Below are positions 6,260-6,555 of a stretch of 6,555 nt of DNA, in pieces. Below the pieces are notes generated by a model that saw only the letters and a program-made list of their open reading frames with translations, did no database searches and was not told the DNA's origin. Each line of letters opens with the position of its first letter. Position 1 is the first letter of the stretch. This DNA comes from Amoeboradix gromovi X-113 (lineage: Eukaryota > Fungi > Sanchytriomycota). The stretch is taken from assembly GCA_018985225.1 (NCBI GenBank), contig JADGIF010000571.1, positions 1-6,555 on the forward strand. The letters are read 5' to 3'. A program made the position numbers and the translations under genes.

Positions 6260-6555
6260 TAAGATATATTAGTCAGTGCTAGGGCTTTCTGAATAATTTT
6301 ATAGTACAACTATACTATAAGTAGGCTTGAAGCTATTATTGTGGTCCGAATATGGCAAAATAGATTTGGAAGGTTGTGCGAGAATGAGAAGTTATAACGT
6401 ATAATTATCAGCTGCAATGGATGGTATTGTCATGGCATCTTTTCTAGTATAACCGGTGAATGAAATCGACTCACAGCAGTAATCTAATTAAGCATCCCCT
6501 AGATACTCCAATCTATCAAACCCTCTAGTGTGTAGTCCTGTACACTGGTTATGTA
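6260..6555 (-). pseudogene. Disrupted RNase III domain, probably Dicer-like; 5' part lies beyond the right window edge
   Basis: FDRLEYLGDA*LDY (6520-6479) is the RNase III signature (RLEFLGDAxLD) with an in-frame TAA at 6490-6488. In the same frame AADNYTL* has N 30 codons after the catalytic D (cf. ALVNNxxL). Further on come HNL (6378-6370), KALA (6288-6277, cf. PKALGD) and IYL (6269-6261) in shifted frames. Confidence 0.7.

Noticed and set aside
1-6555. CRISPR array, tRNA or rRNA
   Set aside because: No regularly spaced direct repeats, cloverleaf or rRNA-like sequence seen. The three 25-35 bp repeats are transposon ends.

Overview
AT-rich eukaryotic DNA in the standard genetic code, most consistent with a compact, intron-poor early-diverging fungus (inference). 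There are three intact intronless genes: a single-pass membrane protein with a Kre9/KNH-like Ig fold (-), an Ipi1/TEX10 pre-60S factor (+) and a Vps9/Rabex-5 GEF (+). The apparently intergenic DNA is filled with decayed elements that the ORF track misses. (1) A frameshifted Fanzor/TnpB-type RNA-guided nuclease relic at ~2974-3532 (-). It keeps all three RuvC motifs in the rearranged Fanzor layout plus most of the zinc finger, and its 3' end overlaps a GC-enriched structured segment that is a candidate omegaRNA. (2) A 399-bp TIR element (2421-2819) next to it, with a second inverted copy running off the left edge (1-71). (3) A degenerate Ty3/gypsy pol (RNase H to integrase) at ~230-1240 (+). 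(4) A disrupted Dicer-like RNase III domain running off the right edge (-). All relic calls come from manual translation and motif recognition, not database searches.
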